Below, one piece after another: positions 58,350-64,000 of a DNA stretch of 64,000 nt; position 1 is the first letter of the stretch, and each line of letters opens with the position of its first letter. The stretch comes from an uncultured Candidatus Saccharibacteria bacterium (GTDB lineage: Bacteria; Patescibacteriota; Doudnabacteria; UBA920), in NCBI GenBank assembly GCA_964617815.1, contig CAZTXY010000001.1, positions 128-64,127 on the forward strand, read 5' to 3'. The notes beneath the pieces are model-generated. The model was not told where the DNA came from, ran no database searches, and was given only the letters and a program-made list of their open reading frames with translations. Position numbers and translations under genes: made by a program.

Positions 58350-59933
58350 ATGAATAAAATAAAACACTACCTACCACTAATCGCTATTTTAATAATCGGC
58401 ACGATCTTACGTTTTTATCACAATACAGATATTTCTCTTTGGCACGACGAAGCTTTTTCCGCTTTGCTAATAAAATATTCTTGGGGTGAAATGTTTTATC
58501 GAATTGGCTTAGACGTTCATCCACCAGCATACTACATCCTCTTGCGTCTCTGGCATTATATTTTTAGTGACTCGCTTTTGGCGCTACGAAGCTTTTCCAT
58601 ATTTTTTGGCCTTGGTACGGTTTTGGCTGGATATGCTTTTGTTAAAACTGCTTTTAAAAATGAACGCACAGCGCTAATAGCAGCAATGCTTTTGGCCATC
58701 AACCCATTCGGGCTACATTATGTGACAGAAGCGCGCATGTACACCATGGGAGCCTGTTTTGCCCTCTTAGCAGCTTTTGCCATAACCAAGGCCCTGCATG
58801 CACAAAAAGACTATTTTCAAAGTCTGAAAAACAATATTCCCCACTCCCCAGAAAGCAGAAAACTTAAAAAAACAGCTGTCCTTTACTACAGCCTGTTTAC
58901 TCTTTTTTGCTCTTTAATAATGTACACCCATTACTATTTATTTTTTACAGTTGCGGCACTATGTCTTTACGGACTTGCGTACCATCTCTATCACTACAAA
59001 GATAACATTAAACGATATGCACTACTTGTTTCAAGTTACGTGTTGCTTGCTGTTCTGTTCTTGCCATGGTTAAAAACATTTCTCTTCCAATTCAAACAAG
59101 TCAGTGGCAATTATTGGATTCCACCTATGGATCGATGGAGCATTCCTTCAGCTATTTGGGAAATGTTTTTAGGTATTGGAATTGATATAGCAAAGTCCAG
59201 CACTCAAGCTATATTAGTAGCCGCAACAGCATTTACTATATTTTTTCTTTACCGCTTTATTAAAAAAACAACTAGCTGGGAAAAATGGTTAGTGCTTCTA
59301 AATGTTCTTGCTCCTTTTGCAGGCGCATTATTATTCCTAATTTTAGCAAAACTTCGAGGACAAGACTCGTCTGTATTCTTAGTTCGCTATTTTCTTTTTG
59401 CTTCCAGCTTCTATACTATTGCTCTTACAATTTGGCTAACTACCATTAAAAATATTAAGCTTCAAACAATTTTAATTTCGATTCTTCTTTTTGCAAATTT
59501 AGGAGCCTTTTTCCACTACTGGAACGAGCTTGATATCAAAACCAAACCAGGGATGGCTGCCGCTAGTAAATTTTTACAAGCTAACGTTGAGCCAACTCAT
59601 AAAATATATATTGGGAGCAGTTTTGAATTTTTTAACTTCAAATATTATAATCAAACTTCAGTAAGGCCACTTCTTTACAGTGGAGGCAACCGTGAAGTAC
59701 AAAATTTGCCACACTACGCTGGCACAGCAATTTTAACTAACCAAGACCTTTTGCCAAATTTTAGCGAGGGTGTAAAATCTGGCGATACAGTTTGGCTACT
59801 TTGGACAAATGGTTTTGGTGGAAGTAAACCTGACGTCCCTCTTAACTGGAAACAGATTGATGAAAAAGGCTACGCAGAAGTTCGGCCATACGTTGGCACA
59901 TGGGTTATTGTTACTGAGTATAAAGTCAATTAA
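58350..59933 (+). CDS. GT-C (PMT-like) glycosyltransferase
   Basis: SLWHDEA, DVHPP.YY, EARMY, YTHY, RY. Confidence 0.87.
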   Translation: MNKIKHYLPLIAILIIGTILRFYHNTDISLWHDEAFSALLIKYSWGEMFYRIGLDVHPPAYYILLRLWHYIFSDSLLALRSFSIFFGLGTVLAGYAFVKTAFKNERTALIAAMLLAINPFGLHYVTEARMYTMGACFALLAAFAITKALHAQKDYFQSLKNNIPHSPESRKLKKTAVLYYSLFTLFCSLIMYTHYYLFFTVAALCLYGLAYHLYHYKDNIKRYALLVSSYVLLAVLFLPWLKTFLFQFKQVSGNYWIPPMDRWSIPSAIWEMFLGIGIDIAKSSTQAILVAATAFTIFFLYRFIKKTTSWEKWLVLLNVLAPFAGALLFLILAKLRGQDSSVFLVRYFLFASSFYTIALTIWLTTIKNIKLQTILISILLFANLGAFFHYWNELDIKTKPGMAAASKFLQANVEPTHKIYIGSSFEFFNFKYYNQTSVRPLLYSGGNREVQNLPHYAGTAILTNQDLLPNFSEGVKSGDTVWLLWTNGFGGSKPDVPLNWKQIDEKGYAEVRPYVGTWVIVTEYKVN

Positions 59934-59953
59934 ACAAAGTTAAAAAAACTTTC

Positions 59954-59978
59954 CCCGCACGACACGCGTCGTGCGGGA
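59954..59978. terminator. Terminator between convergent genes
   Basis: cccgcacgac/gtcgtgcggg hairpin. Confidence 0.7.
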
Positions 59979-59992
59979 GTCTTTGAATCACT

Positions 59993-60424
59993 CTAGGTGA
60001 AAACAATCTCTTCGCGCCACTCGGACAAGCCGGCTTCAAAAATACTTGCCCGCTTCTCGATCTGCCAAAGAGGCACGCCATGAATATTGCGGCTTGCGGC
60101 CTCAAGTGGGTTACAAACCAAGCGAATGACTCGGCAGTGAGCCTGGCGAGATTTTGCTGCCTCCCAGTAACGCTCAGCCTCCCAGAGCATGACGTTGGTG
60201 TTGTCAACCACGATCAGCGGGGCACCTGCGTAAAGGATCTCCAAGAACTTGTCCCAGCAAGTCCCATGTGCATCGGGCAAGAGGCTCGAGCAGAACCTGA
60301 ACTCTCTGTTTTCATCATAGAAGTATTCGTCAGCAGAGCAAACGATTGCTTCCGGAAAATTCTGGGCCACATAGTGTGACTTCCCAGAACCTGAGATCCC
60401 GCGCATAATAACGATGGTCTGCAT
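59993..60424 (-). CDS. P-loop kinase (AAA_33, N4BP2/polynucleotide kinase-like)
   Basis: MRGISGSGKS, SAD.YF, VVDNTN, RN.HGVP; GAGGAGG SD before ATG 60424; TTGACG-17-TATTCT at 60459-60487. Confidence 0.85.
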   Translation of the reverse strand: MQTIVIMRGISGSGKSHYVAQNFPEAIVCSADEYFYDENREFRFCSSLLPDAHGTCWDKFLEILYAGAPLIVVDNTNVMLWEAERYWEAAKSRQAHCRVIRLVCNPLEAASRNIHGVPLWQIEKRASIFEAGLSEWREEIVFT

Positions 60425-60577
60425 GACTATTCTCCTCCTCTTTGACATCCGACATCATAGAATAGCAAAAACACAGCCTTGCGTCAATGTAGTGGACTGT
60501 GTTCATAACCTCATAATTTCAAGATTATCAAAAGTAAAACTCTGTGTCACGATAAGAAAATCTAAATGCAAAAACAA

Positions 60578-60609
60578 AAGAACTACTAACCCTCAATTAG
60601 TAGTTCTTT
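60578..60609 (-). terminator. Terminator of ribA-like operon
   Basis: aagaactactaa/ttagtagttctt hairpin with A-run on plus side. Confidence 0.7.
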
Positions 60610-60631
60610 AAGATTGCACAGCAGCCTAGGA

Positions 60632-61267
60632 TCAAACATGAGAGCCCATAGCAGCCACCACTTCAGCCACGGTCAACTTAGTAGTGTCTATGGTGATCGC
60701 GCCGTAAGGTTTTCGTGCCGGCGCAAATTCTCTATTTCTATCAACTGAGTCTCTCACTCGAAGTTGATAGCAGACTTCTGCAAAGGAGAGTTTCGGCTGA
60801 CTAGTGCGTAGTTCATTCCACCTCCTACTTGCTCGAGTGAAAAAATTACAGGCAAGGAAAAACTTGGCGTCTGCTTTGGGAAAAATGTCCAGCCCACAAC
60901 TTCTTCCATCACATATTAAATTTGCGTTTGTAAAACGCAAAGCAAAATCCTGGGCCCATTCTGCAACAGAAGTAAAAACAGCTGGATTACTGACGTAGTC
61001 AGCAGTTAATGCTGCCGCCTTTTCGCCCCTAAGATAGGCGGTTAAATCATTGCCGGACCAAAAAATCTTCTCAAAACCAACAGGTATCTCTAGGTGCTCT
61101 TTGTAAACAAAGCTGTCCAAAGACACGCAAAGTCGATTTTGCAAAGCGTAAACTGCAAACCGAAACAACAAGCCAAAATCCACGTAGCAAAAATCAAACT
61201 TTGCTGCAAAGAGCCTAGACACCGAACCTTTTCCCGAACCGGCCATACCACTTACTGCAACAATCAT
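60632..61267 (-). CDS. Cytidylate kinase-like nucleoside monophosphate kinase (divergent)
   Basis: G.AGSGKG, D.G..FR, DGR..G..FP.A..KFFL, RA.RR, RD..D..R..AP, IDTT; AGGAGG SD. Confidence 0.85.
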   Translation of the reverse strand: MIVAVSGMAGSGKGSVSRLFAAKFDFCYVDFGLLFRFAVYALQNRLCVSLDSFVYKEHLEIPVGFEKIFWSGNDLTAYLRGEKAAALTADYVSNPAVFTSVAEWAQDFALRFTNANLICDGRSCGLDIFPKADAKFFLACNFFTRASRRWNELRTSQPKLSFAEVCYQLRVRDSVDRNREFAPARKPYGAITIDTTKLTVAEVVAAMGSHV

Positions 61268-61281
61268 GAAAACCTCCTGTG

Positions 61282-61626
61282 CTAGGTTTTGCTAGGACTT
61301 CGTTTCTTAGCAAAAGTCCCAGGGATTAAACGAAATGCCAAGCGGCCTTCCCAATGAAGCATAGGTATGCCAATTATAGTGCCGCACTTTTTGCACTCAA
61401 GCACACTAAAACTATGGGTCTCCTTTATTTCAGGATTATTTTGGAGACCAGCTAAATCTGGAGGGTCCAAAATTCGATTAAGGTAACAGCGCTTCAGTTC
61501 CCCATGTCCATCTTTTTGGTAAACCAAAATTTCAGACTGGCAAATTGCGCAAGAAAGGTAGAGCACCATAGCGCTTCCACCCCGACTTCTCCGAAACTTA
61601 TCGACCTTGAGTTTGTAAGCCATCAT
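61282..61626 (-). CDS. Zn-binding hypothetical protein (CxxC...CxxC)
   Basis: CAIC, YQKDG.G.LKR.Y..RI, CKKC...IG; start overlaps upstream stop. Confidence 0.75.
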   Translation of the reverse strand: MMAYKLKVDKFRRSRGGSAMVLYLSCAICQSEILVYQKDGHGELKRCYLNRILDPPDLAGLQNNPEIKETHSFSVLECKKCGTIIGIPMLHWEGRLAFRLIPGTFAKKRSPSKT

Positions 61627-62501
61627 TATCCCTCCTTAAATTTTGTCGAAAAATTTTTTGACCAAAATTCTTTCTTTGCTCTTACATTCCTAATCAGTTG
61701 ATGATCTTTTGATTTGTAACCGTTTACAGACGACTTATTTGCTATTTCAAAACCCAATTTTGCAAATGCTTCTATTTTATATGGATTATCTGTATGAATA
61801 TTTAAACTATGTTTTGAGCTTAAACCTAGCGCTTTAATAATAATTGCAGCTTCTGTATAAGTCCGTTGATCAATAGATTTAGCATCGCCATAAAATAACT
61901 CCGCGGTTTCAATAGTGTCAAATCCTAACTCCTTCATAATTCGCTGGTTAGCCATTTTATATTCACCCCAGCCTCTACCATCTTGCCCAGGTATTTCCAC
62001 AATAATCCCAGATTTTAATTTAATTATCTCTTCTTGAGTTCTCCGAAGCTGATTTAAACAATCGCATGTTATATCCCCAAGTACCATTCCTGAAAAACAT
62101 CCCGAGTCAATTCTGATATTGACAATAGTATTATTAAAAACTTTTTGTAAGCTTGGATGAAGCAAAATATAATGTTGCCCCCATTGTCCGCCCACTACCT
62201 CAGCTGGAATAGATAAAAATTCACCCCGGTCCGTAATAATCGGGCCGGGGACTCCAAAGCAAACATATTTAGTCACACCTTGATGTTGAACCATGACAAA
62301 CTGATACTGCATTGACTCATGACGAAGTCGTAATATGTAATCAGAAACAGTTTCTGAAGATAGCCGAGCAGGTGATGGGATATAAACTTTATTTATAGCC
62401 GACCCTAAAATAGCTCTTTGCAGATGTTCATGCAAGTAGAGATTTTTTTTGGCTCTTAATTTGGAAAGCTGAGTATTCATACAAATTGAATTTATACTCA
62501 T
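61626..62501 (-). CDS. GTP cyclohydrolase II (RibA)-like protein, divergent
   Basis: RIDSGC..G......CDC..QL, QDGRG.G, DT, DQRTY, TDNPYK; true start may be Met at 62480. Confidence 0.8.
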   Translation of the reverse strand: MSINSICMNTQLSKLRAKKNLYLHEHLQRAILGSAINKVYIPSPARLSSETVSDYILRLRHESMQYQFVMVQHQGVTKYVCFGVPGPIITDRGEFLSIPAEVVGGQWGQHYILLHPSLQKVFNNTIVNIRIDSGCFSGMVLGDITCDCLNQLRRTQEEIIKLKSGIIVEIPGQDGRGWGEYKMANQRIMKELGFDTIETAELFYGDAKSIDQRTYTEAAIIIKALGLSSKHSLNIHTDNPYKIEAFAKLGFEIANKSSVNGYKSKDHQLIRNVRAKKEFWSKNFSTKFKEG

Positions 62502-62522
62502 ATCCTAAATAGTATTAGTATC

Positions 62523-62661
62523 TGTTGTCAAATATTAACAACAAAATTTGGAGAAATACATTTGTTGACAATAAATAATAACAAGCGCTATAATTAAGCT
62601 AACTAGCGTTAATACTGATTGTTTCTAAAGCAGGCCTTAATGTCAACAATTTTTATTAACA
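62523..62661. promoter_or_regulatory. Three 21-bp operator-like sites with divergent promoters
   Basis: TGTTGTCAAATATTAACAACA (62523), TGTTGACAATAAATAATAACA (62563), TGTCAACAATTTTTATTAACA (62641); TTGACA-18-TATAAT at 62565-62594. Confidence 0.7.
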
Positions 62662-62719
62662 ATGGTCAAATTTTAGGGCCTTTAATCTCTAAAATCATTA
62701 TTAATTAAGTTTTCCACAT

Positions 62720-63481
62720 ATGATAGACAAAATAACAAAATTTGGCCTTTCGCGCAAAGAAGCAAAAGTGTATTTATCTCTTCTTGAAATAGGTGCTTCT
62801 GTTGTCAGCGATATTGCCAAGAATACAAAAATGAATCGTAGTACTACTTATGTACTACTAGAATCTTTAACAAATCATGGTCTTGTCAGCATCTCTGAAG
62901 AAAATGGAGTTAAAGTTTATGCACCGTCCCCTCCTGAACGACTAGTTCACTACCTTGAAGATCGCGCTAAAGAATATACGCAACTTATTAGCACAGCTAA
63001 TTCAATTTTACCAGAACTAAAAGCTCTTTATGTTGGTGTTGGACCAAAACCTAAAGTGCAATTTTTTGAAGGCGTAGAAGGAATTAAAACAGCTTATGAA
63101 TATACACTAGCTTCCACTGAGACAATTCGAGCCTATGCTTCAATAGAAAATATGCATCAAGCTTTAGGCCATTATTTTCCAGATTACTATCAAAGACGAA
63201 CTGCAAAAGGTATCTCAATTAGAGCCATTTTTCCTGATACACCTGAATCAAGAGAACGCATAAAACATAATAAAGAAGAAGCCCGTGAGGCGTACTTGGT
63301 ACCAAAAGAAAAATTTGCTTTTTCTCAAGAAATAAATATTTTTGATAACAAAATAGTTTTTATGTCTCTTATAGAAAAATTTGCTTTGGTAGTAGAAAGT
63401 GAAGCACTGGCTGACGGACTAAAAAAAACTTTTGAACTAGCTTGGGAAGAAGCCAAGCGGCTACATAAAGAAATAATATAG
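62720..63481 (+). CDS. TrmB-family transcriptional regulator
   Basis: GLS.KEAKVYL.LL, RSTTY..L..L...GLV wHTH, FFEG.EG, EINIF.NK effector domain. Confidence 0.9.
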   Translation: MIDKITKFGLSRKEAKVYLSLLEIGASVVSDIAKNTKMNRSTTYVLLESLTNHGLVSISEENGVKVYAPSPPERLVHYLEDRAKEYTQLISTANSILPELKALYVGVGPKPKVQFFEGVEGIKTAYEYTLASTETIRAYASIENMHQALGHYFPDYYQRRTAKGISIRAIFPDTPESRERIKHNKEEAREAYLVPKEKFAFSQEINIFDNKIVFMSLIEKFALVVESEALADGLKKTFELAWEEAKRLHKEII

Positions 63482-63606
63482 ATTAAGTTATAAAAGCACG
63501 GACAAAAAGTTCACCTCTAGGATATTAAGTCCCTGAATAATTTCTATTTTCATAAAACTTTTTAAATTCCATGATTTTCTACCATCTGTGCTTAATCTCA
63601 ATAAAA

Positions 63607-63999
63607 TTATGATATAACTGTTCCTAAAAAATTCTGTCCTTCTAGTAATTTTTTCAAATTAGCTAATTTTTTTCCATTCACAATTATGACTTTTTGTTTA
63701 TGATGTGCCGCTGTACTAGAAGCAATGGGATCAAAAGGAACGTGCTTGCCTGGTGACCATTTCCCACCAATCATTTTTTTATAATCTTTCCAAGACATTT
63801 CTTTAATCGCCTTAGCATTTTTAAACTTACGTGGGTCTTTATTGTAAACGTAATCAATATTACTTAAATTGATAACTGTGCCGGCTCCATAAAGAAAAGC
63901 CATACGCACCGCAACATCGTCACTACTTCTTCCTGGCTTCCAACCTCCGGCAAGTAAAACTTTGCTAGAAAAATTTACTTTTTTACTGGGGTCTTCAAC
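63607..63999 (-). CDS. pyrH: Archaeal-type UMP kinase (partial, 5' end beyond window)
   Basis: Frame open to window end: AGGWKPG.SSD..A, NLSNIDYVY.KDP, PG...PFDP.A, GT.I. Confidence 0.88.
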   Translation of the reverse strand, partial: VEDPSKKVNFSSKVLLAGGWKPGRSSDDVAVRMAFLYGAGTVINLSNIDYVYNKDPRKFKNAKAIKEMSWKDYKKMIGGKWSPGKHVPFDPIASSTAAHHKQKVIIVNGKKLANLKKLLEGQNFLGTVIS

Positions 64000-64000
64000 A

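Noticed and set aside
61626-62501. Calling this gene ribA of riboflavin synthesis
   Set aside because: Key motif substitutions and no adjacent rib genes; symbol withheld.
63488-63553. Mini-ORF MKIEIIQGLNILEVNFLSVLL resembling a macrodomain N-terminus, spanning a short inverted repeat
   Set aside because: Only eight residues of similarity; could easily be chance in AT-rich DNA.
1-64000. Alternative genetic code (TGA=Gly), tRNA/rRNA genes, IS elements or integron
   Set aside because: Conserved genes are full length in code 11 and some end in TGA; no cloverleaf, rRNA, transposase, integrase or repeated attC-like site recognised by eye.

Overview
A 64 kb AT-rich bacterial chromosome segment in the standard genetic code. 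It looks like Patescibacteria/CPR (inference from the short alanyl-tRNA ligase, archaeal-type UMP kinase, sortase, TrmB regulator, many glycosyltransferases and mostly SD-less starts). Core content: fmt, mltG, HU, the infA-rpmJ-rpsM-rpsK-rpsD-rpoA-rplQ-rplM-rpsI operon, alaS, rplU and partial pyrH. It also holds a CtpA-FecR-CHASE2/adenylate cyclase cluster, a Pif1-ATL-MsrA repair cluster, a compact type IV pilus operon, rfbB/C-like/D/A and other surface-glycan genes. The most unusual locus is at ~60.6-63.5 kb. There a TrmB regulator faces three related 21-bp operator-like sites and a divergent operon of a GTP cyclohydrolase II-like enzyme, a Zn-binding protein and a CMP-kinase-like enzyme, and both enzymes have lost substrate-determining residues. 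This suggests an undescribed nucleotide-conversion pathway. Also seen: six self-contained GC-richer cassettes (own SD and terminator, usually a clear promoter), intergenic 7-bp repeat tracts, a 121-bp intergenic hairpin, a REP-like element and a likely catalytically dead exonuclease paralog. No rRNA, tRNA, CRISPR array, integrase or transposase was recognised. All calls come from motif recognition by eye; no searches were run.
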